A stretch of DNA of 64,000 nucleotides from an uncultured Subdoligranulum sp. (GTDB lineage: Bacteria; Bacillota; Clostridia; Oscillospirales; Ruminococcaceae), in the NCBI RefSeq assembly GCF_963931595.1, contig NZ_OZ007030.1, positions 548,481 through 612,480 on the forward strand, read 5' to 3'. Positions 26,337 through 36,132 of this stretch are shown one piece after another. Both the position numbers and the translations under genes were made by a program. The notes under the pieces were generated by a model. That model was not told the origin of the DNA, did no database searches, and saw only the letters and a list, made by a program, of their open reading frames with translations. Each line of letters opens with the position of its first letter. Positions within the stretch are counted from its first letter, which is position 1.

Positions 26337-27221
26337 ATGCAGGATATCACACGCAGCGTGGTGCGGGGGCTGCTGCCCCGGCGGGACGCCGACACCAACA
26401 AGGGCAGTTTCGGCAGTGTGCTGGCAGTGGCCGGCAGCATGGCCTACCGCGGCGCCGCGGCGCTCTGTGTGGAGGGCGCGCTGCGGGGCGGCGCGGGGCT
26501 GGTCTATCTGGCCGCCATCGAGCCGGTGCTGCAGCTGGTTTTGCCCCGCACGCCGGAGTGTTGCCCCTGCGGATGCCGCACCGACAACACCGGCGGCATC
26601 CGCGCCCAGGATACCGCCGCGCTGCGGGCCTGGTTTGCCGACAAGAACACCGTGCTGCTGGCGGGCCCGGGGCTGGGAGAAAACGCCGGGGCCATCTGCG
26701 GCGGCCTGCTGGGCAAAAAGGCGCCCTGGGCGGCGGCCGTGCTGGATGCCGATGCCCTCAACGCCCTGGCGGCGGGCACTTTGCGCGGCCCGCTGCCCGA
26801 ACATACGATCCTGACGCCCCATCCCGGCGAGGCGGCCCGCCTGCTGGACACCACGGTGGGGGAGATCCAGGCCGACCGGGAACAGGCGGTGCGGCAGCTG
26901 GCCGACGAATACCACTGTGTGGCGGTGCTCAAGGGCAGCGGCACACTGATCACGGCGCCCGGGGAGCCGGTGTGGCGCAACACCACCGGCAACGCCGGGC
27001 TGGCGAAGGGCGGCAGCGGGGATATCCTGGCCGGTATGATGGCCGGGATCCTCTCGGCGGGCTGGCGGCAGGGCCATACCGCGCTGGAGGTCGCTCTGAC
27101 GGCAGTATGGCTCCACGGCGCGGCGGCGGACCACTGTGCCGCACGGCGCAGTAAAACTGCCATGCTGCCCCAGGATCTCTTTGAGGATCTGGGTGCGGTG
27201 CTCACCGAGCTGGAGTGCTGA
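26337..27221 (+). CDS. nnrD: NAD(P)H-hydrate dehydratase (stand-alone YjeF C-terminal domain)
   Basis: NKGSFGSVL, AGPGLG, LDADALN, LTPHPGEAARL, LKGSGT, LAKGGSGDILAG. Confidence 0.93.
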   Translation: MQDITRSVVRGLLPRRDADTNKGSFGSVLAVAGSMAYRGAAALCVEGALRGGAGLVYLAAIEPVLQLVLPRTPECCPCGCRTDNTGGIRAQDTAALRAWFADKNTVLLAGPGLGENAGAICGGLLGKKAPWAAAVLDADALNALAAGTLRGPLPEHTILTPHPGEAARLLDTTVGEIQADREQAVRQLADEYHCVAVLKGSGTLITAPGEPVWRNTTGNAGLAKGGSGDILAGMMAGILSAGWRQGHTALEVALTAVWLHGAAADHCAARRSKTAMLPQDLFEDLGAVLTELEC

Positions 27222-27264
27222 ACCGCAGCGGAAAGTATACAGGGGAGAGGAAGTTGTACATACT

Positions 27265-27741
27265 ATGTCCATTGAAAAGGTAAAAGCCTATTTTGCACAG
27301 TTCGGCATGGAGGGCCGGGTTCTGGAATTCCCGGTCTCCAGCGCCACGGTAGAACTGGCGGCCCAGGCGCTGCACTGCGAGCCCTGCCGCATCGCCAAGA
27401 CGCTGTCTTTCGCGGTGGGGGATACCCCGGTGCTCATCGTGGCGGCGGGGGATGCCCGCATCGATAATCATAAGTACAAGGCCCGGTTCGCCACCAAGGC
27501 CAAGATGCTCACCCCGGAGGAGGCGGCCCGGCGCATCGGCCATGCGGTGGGCGGTGTCTGTCCCTTTGCGGTGCAGCCCGGCGTGGAGGTCTATCTGGAT
27601 GTCTCACTCAAGCGGTTCGATACGGTCTTCCCGGCCTGCGGCAGCAGCAACAGCGCCATTGAACTGACCATCCCCGAACTGGAACAGTATTCAGGCTATA
27701 AGGACTGGGTGGATGTCTGCAAGGACTGGCAGGCAGAATAA
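27265..27741 (+). CDS. YbaK/EbsC-family aminoacyl-tRNA deacylase-like protein
   Basis: SATVELAAQAL, IAKTLSF, GHAVGGVCPF, ACGSSNSAI. Confidence 0.88.
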   Translation: MSIEKVKAYFAQFGMEGRVLEFPVSSATVELAAQALHCEPCRIAKTLSFAVGDTPVLIVAAGDARIDNHKYKARFATKAKMLTPEEAARRIGHAVGGVCPFAVQPGVEVYLDVSLKRFDTVFPACGSSNSAIELTIPELEQYSGYKDWVDVCKDWQAE

Positions 27742-27796
27742 TCAAAGGGAAAATAAAAACAAACGCCCGCCCCGGCGGCGCGGAAAGGAGAACGTT

Positions 27797-28129
27797 ATGA
27801 CCTATCAGGAAGTGGTGGAAAAAGTACGGACCATGTTCGGCAGCGCGGATGTGAGCAATATCCGGGAACATCTGGCCTTTCAGTTCAACATCACGGGGGA
27901 GGGCGCCGGTGCCTTCTACGTGGAAGTACGGGACGGAAAGATGTTCATTGAACCCTACGAATACCACGACTGCGACGCGGCCTTTACCTGTTCCGCCGAC
28001 CTGCTCTTCAAGCTGGCGGCGGGCAAGGCGGACCCGGTGGCTTCTGTGCTCATGGGCAAGCTGAAGGTGGAAGGCAGCATCGACAAAGCCATGCAGATCA
28101 AGACCTTCCTGGCGGCGCACCGGGGCTGA
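27797..28129 (+). CDS. SCP2 sterol/lipid-binding domain protein
   Basis: AFQFNITGEGAGAFYVEV..G, DPVASVLMGKLKVEG. Confidence 0.85.
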   Translation: MTYQEVVEKVRTMFGSADVSNIREHLAFQFNITGEGAGAFYVEVRDGKMFIEPYEYHDCDAAFTCSADLLFKLAAGKADPVASVLMGKLKVEGSIDKAMQIKTFLAAHRG

Positions 28130-28554
28130 TGCCCGCCGCTGCCGGAAAAACGATGACCACGGTTCTGTGGGGTGCTGCGGCTGCGGTCTGGTTCGGGATG
28201 ATGACCTGGCTCTCCCATCAGCCGGGCCCCGGGACCAGCCGCACCAGCCGGGAACTGGCGGAGGAATTGCACAGCCTGCTGCCCGGCATTAAGACGGAAT
28301 CCCTCAACAGGCTGCTGCGCAAGACAGCACACCCGGTGCTCTTTGCCGGGCTGGCGGTGCTGGTCGGTCTGGCGCTGCAATCGGCAAGCTGCGGGGCAGG
28401 ACTGCTCCCGGCGGGCATGGTACAGCTTCTCTGGTGCTGGGGCGATGAGGCCACCAAGCGGATGGTGCCGGGGCGGCACTTCTCCTGGCTGGATGTGGGC
28501 CTCAATGCCCTGGGCACCCTGCTGGGCAGCGGTGCGGTGCTGCTGTTGGGATAA
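28129..28554 (+). CDS. VanZ-like membrane protein
   Basis: LRKTAH, DEATKRMVPGRHFSWLDVGLN; overlaps the SCP2 stop (TGATG). Confidence 0.75.
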   Translation: MPAAAGKTMTTVLWGAAAAVWFGMMTWLSHQPGPGTSRTSRELAEELHSLLPGIKTESLNRLLRKTAHPVLFAGLAVLVGLALQSASCGAGLLPAGMVQLLWCWGDEATKRMVPGRHFSWLDVGLNALGTLLGSGAVLLLG

Positions 28555-28570
28555 CAGTATAAAAAGAAAG

Positions 28571-28610
28571 GCGGAGCGGACTCTCCCGGTTCAGGAGAAT
28601 CCGCTCCGCT
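28571..28610. terminator. Terminator hairpin between convergent genes
   Basis: GCGGAGCGGA/TCCGCTCCGC stem flanked by A- and T-rich tracts. Confidence 0.7.
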
Positions 28611-28627
28611 GTATTTTTTAGAAAAAG

Positions 28628-29185
28628 TCAGTGCCGCCAGGGCTCTTTTCCCTCGTTCTCCACCGTGATATGGCAGAGCTTCATGGCCTGGAGGGCGGTG
28701 TCGTGGGACTGGGGCGATACACAGGCGCAGCAGGCGGCGTCCACCGAGAGTTCCGCCTCGGGCAGGGCCGCTTTGAGCAGGATGGCGTTGGACAGCACAC
28801 AGATGCCGGTGCAAAGGCCTACCAGTTCGATCTCCACCAGCTCGTTTTCCCGGGCCAGGGGGCGCAGCCGTTCGGCCAGTTCCATGGAACCGAAGGTGGG
28901 CTTGTCAAAGATGTGATCGGCAGGCACCGCCGTCAGGGCCTGGGCAATTCGGGGGTTGAGGGAATGGCCGGGCGTGCCCTCAACACAGTGCACCACCGGC
29001 AGATGCCGTCCCTCGCAGCTGTTGAGATAGTCGGGGGTGTGGGTGTCCCGGGTGACATAGACCGATTCCGGCGGATAGGCGGCAATCTTGTCCACCACAT
29101 TGTCCAGAATGGTCTGGGCCTCGGGGGTGCCCAGCGTCCCGTCAATAAAATCCTTCTGCATGTCCACAACGATCAGCAGTTTCAT
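28628..29185 (-). CDS. Isochorismatase-family cysteine hydrolase (nicotinamidase PncA-like)
   Basis: VDMQKDF, DTH, HC, KPTFGS, GLCTGIC. Confidence 0.88.
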   Translation of the reverse strand: MKLLIVVDMQKDFIDGTLGTPEAQTILDNVVDKIAAYPPESVYVTRDTHTPDYLNSCEGRHLPVVHCVEGTPGHSLNPRIAQALTAVPADHIFDKPTFGSMELAERLRPLARENELVEIELVGLCTGICVLSNAILLKAALPEAELSVDAACCACVSPQSHDTALQAMKLCHITVENEGKEPWRH

Positions 29186-29202
29186 AGCGGCCTCCTTGCA
29201 GG

Positions 29203-30693
29203 TTACTTCTTGTGGTATTTGCGGTCCTCCTCCTCATAGACGGGATCGCAGGTCAGATACATGCCCAGTTTGTGCAGCGTGTCGCTGTCCACGCTGGACA
29301 GAATCACCGTGGAGTGGATATCGCAGCCCTTCAGCTGGGGCAGCTGGGCCAGCGCCGCGGCAGCGTCGGGATTGTCGGACGCCGAGCCGGACAGCGCGAT
29401 CAGCAGTTCATCGGTATGCAGCCGGGGATTCTTGCTGCCCAGGTAGGTGGTTTTCAGCGTCTGGATGGGGGCGATGGCCCGGGCCGAAACCAGTTCTACC
29501 TTGTCGTCGATGCCGGCCAGATGTTTCAGGGCGTTGAGCAGTGCCGAGGAGGCCGCGCCCAGCAGGGAGCCGGTCTTGCCGGTGACGATGACTCCGTCCG
29601 GCAGTTCGATGGCCGCGGCGGGCAGGCCGCCGGTGGCTTCCGAGCGGGCATGGGCCTGGCGTTCCACCGCCCGGCTGCCCACCGTAAGGCCGGCCTGGTT
29701 GAGCAGCAGTTCCAGCTTGAACCGCTCCTCCTTGAGGGTGCCGCCCACCTTCTGATCGCACAGACATTTGAAATAGCGGCGCAGGATCTCCTTGCGGGAA
29801 GCCTCGCGGCAGACCTCGTCGTCCACGATGCAGTGCCCCGCCATGTTGACCCCCATATCGGTGGGGGAGCGGTAGGGGCTGGTGCCGGAGATCATCTCGA
29901 ACATGGCGTGCAGCACCGGGAAAATCTCAATATCCCGGTTGTAGTTCACGGCGGTCTCCCCGTAGGCTTCCAGGTGGAAGGGATCGATCATGTTCACGTC
30001 GTTGAGATCGGCGGTGGCGGCCTCGTAGGCCAGGTTCACCGGGTGCTTCAGCGGCAGATTCCAGATGGGGAAGGTCTCGAACTTGGCATACCCGGCCTTG
30101 ACGCCATGCTTGTGCTCGTGGTAGAGCTGGGACAGACAGACCGCCATCTTGCCGCTGCCCGGCCCCGGCGCCGTGATGACCACCAGAGGACGCCCGGTCT
30201 CGATGTAGTCGTTCCTGCCGTAGCCCTCGTCGCTGACGATGCGGGCCACGTCGTTGGGATAGCCGGGGATTTTGTAATGGCGGAAGGTGCGGATGCCCAG
30301 CCCGTGCAGCCGGTTCTCGAAGGCCTCCACCTCGGGGGCGGGGGTGTACATTGTTATACAGACGCTGCCCACCATCAGACCCGCCTCCTGGAAGGCGTCG
30401 TGCAGCCGCAGCACATCCATGTCATAGGGAATGCCGTAATCCCCCCGCAGTTTGCTGCTGATAATGTCCTCGGCACTGATGACGATCACGATCTCCGCCT
30501 GGTCTTTCAGCTGCAGCAGCATCTGCAGCTTGGAGTCGGGCTGAAATCCCGGCAGAACGCGGGAAGCATGGTAGTCGTCAAACAGTTTGCCGCCAAATTC
30601 CAGATACAGTTTGTTGTCGAACTGGGCGATCCGTTCCCGGATGCGGGCCGACTGCATGGCCAGATACCGCTCATTGTCAAAGCCTTTTTTCAT
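29203..30693 (-). CDS. DUF1846 (UPF0371) family protein
   Basis: LYLEFGGKLFDDYHASRVLPGF, TAPGPGSGKMAVCLSQ, AKFETFP, AYEAATAD, NPRLH. Confidence 0.92.
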   Translation of the reverse strand: MKKGFDNERYLAMQSARIRERIAQFDNKLYLEFGGKLFDDYHASRVLPGFQPDSKLQMLLQLKDQAEIVIVISAEDIISSKLRGDYGIPYDMDVLRLHDAFQEAGLMVGSVCITMYTPAPEVEAFENRLHGLGIRTFRHYKIPGYPNDVARIVSDEGYGRNDYIETGRPLVVITAPGPGSGKMAVCLSQLYHEHKHGVKAGYAKFETFPIWNLPLKHPVNLAYEAATADLNDVNMIDPFHLEAYGETAVNYNRDIEIFPVLHAMFEMISGTSPYRSPTDMGVNMAGHCIVDDEVCREASRKEILRRYFKCLCDQKVGGTLKEERFKLELLLNQAGLTVGSRAVERQAHARSEATGGLPAAAIELPDGVIVTGKTGSLLGAASSALLNALKHLAGIDDKVELVSARAIAPIQTLKTTYLGSKNPRLHTDELLIALSGSASDNPDAAAALAQLPQLKGCDIHSTVILSSVDSDTLHKLGMYLTCDPVYEEEDRKYHKK

Positions 30694-30760
30694 AGTCACT
30701 CTTTTCTTTTCCTATACTCATGGGCGTAACCCTGTGTTCCGCCCTTCTTACACACGTTTC

Positions 30761-30790
30761 AGTATACCATACCCGGGATATGCGGTGCAA
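30761..30790 (-). promoter_or_regulatory. Sigma-A promoter of the DUF1846 gene
   Basis: TTGCAC-18-TATACT with an extended TG on the minus strand. Confidence 0.6.
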
Positions 30791-31302
30791 TGCAGAAAAA
30801 AGAAAAGTCGCAAACCGGTCAAAACCAGTGTGGCCCCCACATGAATTCCCGGACGCCATTTCTGCCGGGAAAACGGATGGCAGTGCCTCCAACCACACGA
30901 AAAGATAGTGGTGATCCGCGATGCCGATCTTGCCGGGAAATCCGGCTGCCGGTCAGGTTGTCCCGGTGGATGCAAAGAACCCCGTCCGCCTGTGGTCCGG
31001 CCGTCCGCGAAAAGACTGACCGACCATATCCGGGCGGCCGGCGGCCAAAAGGCAGCCCTGGCATTTGCCGGAAAGAATGAGAAAAAAGTGAACAAAAATA
31101 CAGTAAAGAGAACATCCATGACTATCCGATGGGGCGTTTGGGATGTATGATAGTGACAGGATCGACGTGTGGTGTGCAGATGCCGGGCCTGGCCGGCCGG
31201 TATCTGCCTGTTGCACGCTGACGGAGATCCGACGCAATATATCACAGTTTCTGCGACCCTTTTCGTTTGAAAAGGCTGGAAACATAAAAGGAGGAATTAT
31301 CC

Positions 31303-33666
31303 ATGAGCCTTTCCAAAGAGGAACTCCAGCGCATCAACGCCTACTGGCGTGCTGCCAACTACCTGGCAGCGGGACAGCTCTACCTGTTGGACAATCCTCT
31401 TCTGCGCCGTCCGCTCACCCGCGACGACGTGAAGAAGAAGATTGTCGGGCACTGGGGCACCGTACCCGGTCAGAACTTTGTCTACGTGCACCTGAACCGC
31501 ATTATCAAGAAGTATGACCAGGACCTCATCCTGATCTCCGGTCCGGGCCACGGCGGCAACTTCTTTGTGGCCAACGCCTACCTGGACGGCACCTACAGCG
31601 AGGTCTACCCCAACATCAGCCGTGACGAGGAAGGCATGCGCCGTCTGTTCAAGCAGTTCAGCTTCCCGGGCGGCATCTCCAGCCACGTGGCCCCCGAGAC
31701 CCCGGGCTCCATCAACGAGGGCGGCGAGTTGGGCTACTCCATCGCCCATGCCTTCGGCGCTGTCTTTGACAACCCCGACCTGATCGCCGCGGTCACGGTG
31801 GGCGACGGCGAGGCCGAGACCGGGCCTCTCGCCACCAGCTGGCAGTCCAACAAGTTCCTGAACCCCAAAGGCGACGGCGCTGTGCTGCCCATCCTGCACC
31901 TGAACGGCTACAAGATCTCCAACCCCACGATTTTCGGCCGTATGACCCACGAGGAGATCGAGCACTTCTTCCTGGGCTGCTCCTGGAAGCCCTACTTCGT
32001 GGAGGGCGACGACCCCATGACGATGCACGCCAAGATGGCCGAGACGCTGGACACCGTCATCGAGGAGATCCACGACATCCAGCGCCGCGCCCGCGCCGGC
32101 GAGGAGATGGGCCACATCCAGTGGCCGATGATCGTGCTGCGCACCCCCAAGGGCTGGACCGGCCCGAAGGTGGTGGACGGCAAGCCCATCGAGGGCACCT
32201 TCCGCGCCCATCAGGTTCCCATCGACATCACGGTGGGCACCCCCAACCAGGAAGAGCACCTGAAGCAGATCGAGGAATGGCTGCGCAGCTACCATCCCGA
32301 GGAGCTGTTCGACGAGAACGGCACCCTGATCCCCGAGCTGCAGGAACTGGCGCCCAAGGGCGACCGCCGCATCGCGGCCAACCCCCACGCCAACGGCGGC
32401 AAGCTGCTGCGTGACCTGCGCACCCCCGACTTCAAGGACTACGCCGTGGATCTGCCCGCCCCCGGCAGTGTGGAAAAGCAGGATATGATCGAACTGGGCG
32501 GTTACATCCGCGACCTGTTCCGCCTGAACGCCGACGCCAAGAACTTCCGCATCTTCGGACCTGACGAGACGATGTCCAACCGTCTGTACAAGTGCTTCGA
32601 AGCCACCAACCGTGACTGGAACTCCACCACGGTGCCCGGCGACGAGTTCCTGGCCAGCGACGGCCGCATCATGGACTCCATGCTGTCCGAGCATATGTGC
32701 GAGGGCTGGCTGGAAGGCTACCTGCTCACCGGCCGTCACGGCTTCTTCGCCTCCTACGAGAGCTTCATCCGCGTGGTGGACTCCATGGTGGCCCAGCATG
32801 CCAAGTGGCTCAAGGTCTGCAACCAGCTGCCCTGGCGCCAGAGCATTGCTTCGCTGAACCTGATCCTGTCCTCCAACGTCTGGCAGCAGGACCACAACGG
32901 CTTCACCCATCAGGATCCCGGCTTCCTGGATCACATCGCCAACAAGAAGGCGGACGTGGTTCGCCTGTATCTGCCGCCGGATGCCAACTGCCTGCTGTCC
33001 TGCTTCGATCACTGCATCCGTAGCCGTGACTATGTGAACGTGCTGGTCACCTCCAAGCATCCGCGTCCCCAGTGGCTGACCATGGAGCAGGCTGTGAAGC
33101 ACTGCACCCAGGGCGTGGGCATCTGGGAGTGGGCTTCCAACGACGCCGGCCAGGAACCCGACGTGGTCATGGCCTGCTGCGGAGATACCCCCACGCTGGA
33201 GACGCTGGCCGCCGTCAGCATACTGCGCAAGGCGCTGCCCGAGCTGAAGATCCGTGTGGTCAACGTGGTTGACCTGATGAAACTGGAGCCTGCCACCAAG
33301 CATCCTCACGGCCTCACCGACGCCGACTATGATGCCCTGTTCACCAAGGACAAGCCCATCATCTTCGCGTTCCACGGCTATCCCACCCTGATCCACGAGC
33401 TGACCTACAACCGCACCAACCGCAACCTGAGCGTCCATGGCTATCAGGAGGAGGGCACCATCACCACGCCCTTCGATATGCGCGTGCAGAACGAGATCGA
33501 CCGCTTCCATCTGGTTAAGGATGCGGTGCTGCATCTGCCTCAGCTGGGCAACCGCGGCGCCTACCTGGTCCAGGAGATGAACGACAAGCTGGTGGAGCAC
33601 AAGAACTACATCCACGAAGTGGGCCAGGATCTGCCCGAGATCCTGGACTGGAAGTGGGAGTCCTGA
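31303..33666 (+). CDS. xfp: Phosphoketolase (X5P/F6P)
   Basis: [49 protein letters not shown]. Confidence 0.97.
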   Translation: MSLSKEELQRINAYWRAANYLAAGQLYLLDNPLLRRPLTRDDVKKKIVGHWGTVPGQNFVYVHLNRIIKKYDQDLILISGPGHGGNFFVANAYLDGTYSEVYPNISRDEEGMRRLFKQFSFPGGISSHVAPETPGSINEGGELGYSIAHAFGAVFDNPDLIAAVTVGDGEAETGPLATSWQSNKFLNPKGDGAVLPILHLNGYKISNPTIFGRMTHEEIEHFFLGCSWKPYFVEGDDPMTMHAKMAETLDTVIEEIHDIQRRARAGEEMGHIQWPMIVLRTPKGWTGPKVVDGKPIEGTFRAHQVPIDITVGTPNQEEHLKQIEEWLRSYHPEELFDENGTLIPELQELAPKGDRRIAANPHANGGKLLRDLRTPDFKDYAVDLPAPGSVEKQDMIELGGYIRDLFRLNADAKNFRIFGPDETMSNRLYKCFEATNRDWNSTTVPGDEFLASDGRIMDSMLSEHMCEGWLEGYLLTGRHGFFASYESFIRVVDSMVAQHAKWLKVCNQLPWRQSIASLNLILSSNVWQQDHNGFTHQDPGFLDHIANKKADVVRLYLPPDANCLLSCFDHCIRSRDYVNVLVTSKHPRPQWLTMEQAVKHCTQGVGIWEWASNDAGQEPDVVMACCGDTPTLETLAAVSILRKALPELKIRVVNVVDLMKLEPATKHPHGLTDADYDALFTKDKPIIFAFHGYPTLIHELTYNRTNRNLSVHGYQEEGTITTPFDMRVQNEIDRFHLVKDAVLHLPQLGNRGAYLVQEMNDKLVEHKNYIHEVGQDLPEILDWKWES

Positions 33667-33760
33667 GGAAGGCTGCAGAAATCAGCCTGTCAGGGAAGAA
33701 CCGGGCCTGAAATCCTTCACCCGGCCCGCTTTCCTTCGTAAAGCATGATGCTGCCAATAT

Positions 33761-33803
33761 AAACCGGGAGCCAATCTCTAAATGAGCTTGGCTCCCGGTT
33801 TTT
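33761..33803 (+). terminator. Terminator after xfp
   Basis: 14-bp IR AAACCGGGAGCCAA/TTGGCTCCCGGTTT plus a T tail. Confidence 0.8.
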
Positions 33804-33971
33804 CATTTTGGTGAAAAGGAACGCCTTTCCCGCGGCGACAACCGTTCCTCTCCGCCGCCTTACGGGTGTATGCAACAACTGCAACGTATGAGCGAAGAAC
33901 AGGCGGGGCAGAGCGATGTGCAGAAACTGTGCAAAAATGTGCAGGCGCGGAGATTTGCCGACAAAAAAGAA

Positions 33972-33999
33972 AAAACCTCACGTTTTCACGTGAGGTTTT
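33972..33999 (-). terminator. Terminator abutting the tRNA-Lys CCA end
   Basis: AAAACCTCACG/CGTGAGGTTTT IR followed by a T-rich tail on the minus strand. Confidence 0.78.
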
Positions 34000-34074
34000 G
34001 GTGCGCCCGCAGGAACTCGAATCCTGGACCCTCTGATTAAAAGTCAGATGCTCTACCAACTGAGCTACGGGCAC
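33999..34074 (-). tRNA. tRNA-Lys (anticodon UUU)
   Basis: 76-nt cloverleaf GTGCCCG..GCTCAGTTGGTAGAGC..TCTGA CTTTTAA TCAGA..TTCGAG..CGGGCGC ACCA. Confidence 0.97.
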
Positions 34075-34109
34075 ATATTGCTGCAGATTCTGTGAATTAC
34101 AGCCTTAAT

Positions 34110-34138
34110 AGTATACCAAGGCCGGACGGGTTTGTCAA
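34110..34138 (-). promoter_or_regulatory. Strong sigma-A promoter of tRNA-Lys
   Basis: TTGACA-17-TATACT with an extended TG. Confidence 0.85.
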
Positions 34139-34191
34139 GATGTTTTTCCCTGCAAATCCGCAAAAATCTGCGCACTTTTCCACAGCCGCCC

Positions 34192-34220
34192 TTGCCAAAC
34201 CGATGGCGGCGCGGTATAAT
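34192..34220 (+). promoter_or_regulatory. Sigma-A promoter of aspS
   Basis: TTGCCA-17-TATAAT, ~38 nt before the ATG. Confidence 0.8.
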
Positions 34221-34258
34221 ACATCTTTAGAATATAAACCGTAAAGGGGAATGGAAAT

Positions 34259-36046
34259 ATGGAAACTTTGGGCAACCTGCGCCGTACCCGTTACTGCGGG
34301 GAGGTCAGCCTGGCCGATGCCGGTCAGGAGATGACCGTCTGCGGCTCCATCGCCCGTGCCCGCGACAAGGGCGGCATTATCTTTGCCGACCTGCGCGATA
34401 CCACCGGCATTCTGCAGCTGGTGTTCGACGAGGATACGCCGAAGGAGGTCTTCGCCAAGGCGGAGAGCCTCAAGAGCGAATATGTGGTGATCTGCCGCGG
34501 CAAGCTGCGGGAGCGCGCCTCCAAGACCGACAAGATCGCCACCGGCGACGTGGAGCTCTACGTCTCGGAGCTGCGGGTGCTCAGCGAAGCCCAGACCCCG
34601 CCCTTCGAGATCCGGGACGAGATCAACGTCAACGACGATCTGCGGCTGCGCTACCGGTATCTGGACCTGCGCCGTCCTTCCATGCATGAACCCATCGTGC
34701 TGCGCAGCAAGATCATGCAGATCATCCGCAGCTACTTCACCGACAATCATTTCACCGAGATCGAGACGCCCACCCTCATCAAGTCCACGCCGGAGGGCGC
34801 CCGTGACTATCTGGTGCCCAGCCGTGTGCAGCCGGGGCACTTTTATGCGCTGCCCCAGAGCCCCCAGCTCTACAAGCAGATCCTGATGCTGTCCGGCTTT
34901 GACCGCTATTTCCAGATCGCCCGCTGCTACCGCGACGAGGACCTGCGCGCCGACCGTCAGCCCGAGTTCACCCAGGTGGACGAGGAGATGTCCTTCGTCA
35001 CCGAGGACGATATCATGACGGTGAACGAGGGCCTGCTCAAGCGGCTGTGGAAGGAGATGCTGGGCATCGACCTGGTGACGCCCTTCCAGCGGATGCCCTG
35101 GGACGAGGCCATGGGCCGCTTCGGTTCCGACAAGCCGGACACCCGCTTCGGCCTGGAGATCCAGGACGTGACTTCGGTGTTTGCCCACACCGAGTTCAAG
35201 CCCTTTGCCGCCGTCATTGAGGCGAAGGGCACCATCCGTGCCATCAATGCCAAGGGTCTGGCCGACAAGCTGAGCCGCAAGAACATCGACAAGCTGGGCG
35301 ACGTGGCCAAGACCTACGGCGCCAAGGGACTGGCCTACAGCCGCCTGACCGCCGACGGCACCTCCTCCAGCTTTGAAAAGTTCCTCACCGAGGAGGAAAA
35401 GACTGCCCTGTATGCAGCTCTGGGCGCCGAGACCGGCGACGTGCTGCTGCTGGTCAGCGATGCCGACTGGGTCAAGGCCTGCACGGCCCTGGGCCAGGTG
35501 CGTCTGGACATTGCCCGCAAGCACGGCCTCATCGACAATGACAAGTTCAACTTCCTGTGGGTGGTGGACTTCCCGCTGTTCGAGTACAGCGAGCAGGAGG
35601 GCCGCTGGATGGCGATGCACCATCCCTTCACCATGCCCAAGGCCGAGGATATCGACAAGGTGGAGACCGATCCCGGTGCCTGCCATGCCGTTGCCTACGA
35701 CATCGTGCTCAACGGCGTGGAACTGGGCGGCGGATCCATGCGTATCAATGATCCTGCCCTGCAGGACCGCATGTTCAAGGCCCTGGGCTTCACCGAGGAG
35801 AAGGCCCGCGCCAGCTTCGGCTTCCTGATGGATGCCTACAAGTTCGGTGCGCCGCCCCACGGCGGCATGGCCTATGGCCTGGACCGCATGGTCATGCTGA
35901 TGCTCAAGAAGGACTCCATCCGCGATGTCATCGCCTTCCCCAAGGTGCAGAACGCCGGCGAGCCCATGAGCGGTGCCCCCGATGTGGTGGACGAGAAGCA
36001 GCTGGCCGATCTGTCCATTGCGCTGACCCTGCCCGAAAAAGAATAA
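34259..36046 (+). CDS. aspS: Aspartate-tRNA ligase
   Basis: LRRTRYCG, YRYLDLRR, EGARDYLVPSR, LPQSPQ, RDEDLRADRQPEFTQ, HHPFT, PPHGGMAYGLDR. Confidence 0.97.
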   Translation: METLGNLRRTRYCGEVSLADAGQEMTVCGSIARARDKGGIIFADLRDTTGILQLVFDEDTPKEVFAKAESLKSEYVVICRGKLRERASKTDKIATGDVELYVSELRVLSEAQTPPFEIRDEINVNDDLRLRYRYLDLRRPSMHEPIVLRSKIMQIIRSYFTDNHFTEIETPTLIKSTPEGARDYLVPSRVQPGHFYALPQSPQLYKQILMLSGFDRYFQIARCYRDEDLRADRQPEFTQVDEEMSFVTEDDIMTVNEGLLKRLWKEMLGIDLVTPFQRMPWDEAMGRFGSDKPDTRFGLEIQDVTSVFAHTEFKPFAAVIEAKGTIRAINAKGLADKLSRKNIDKLGDVAKTYGAKGLAYSRLTADGTSSSFEKFLTEEEKTALYAALGAETGDVLLLVSDADWVKACTALGQVRLDIARKHGLIDNDKFNFLWVVDFPLFEYSEQEGRWMAMHHPFTMPKAEDIDKVETDPGACHAVAYDIVLNGVELGGGSMRINDPALQDRMFKALGFTEEKARASFGFLMDAYKFGAPPHGGMAYGLDRMVMLMLKKDSIRDVIAFPKVQNAGEPMSGAPDVVDEKQLADLSIALTLPEKE

Positions 36047-36053
36047 TATGAAC

Positions 36054-36124
36054 AAAAGCCCTGTGCCATGCCGGCACAGGGCTTTTTACAATGACAAGGC
36101 CCCTGCCGTATGGCGGGGGCCTTG
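36054..36124. terminator. Two tandem terminator hairpins between convergent aspS and DUF4349 genes
   Basis: IR1 AAAAGCCCTGTGCC/GGCACAGGGCTTTT (36054-36086); IR2 CAAGGCCCC/GGGGCCTTG (36095-36124). Confidence 0.78.
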
Positions 36125-36132
36125 CTATGGTA

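Noticed and set aside
30790-31245. Small ORFs (96-165 aa) in the xfp upstream region
   Set aside because: No RBS, no recognisable domains, atypical codon usage and mutually overlapping frames.
31297-33615. 772-aa minus-strand ORF (and similar long antisense ORFs at 6815-8956, 34097-36055, 58839-60719)
   Set aside because: Each mirrors a well-supported gene on the opposite strand and shows typical shadow composition.
34221-34258. T-box riboswitches upstream of aspS, hisS or the aro operon
   Set aside because: Promoter-to-start distances are only ~30-45 nt, too short for a ~200-nt T-box, and no T-box motif was seen.
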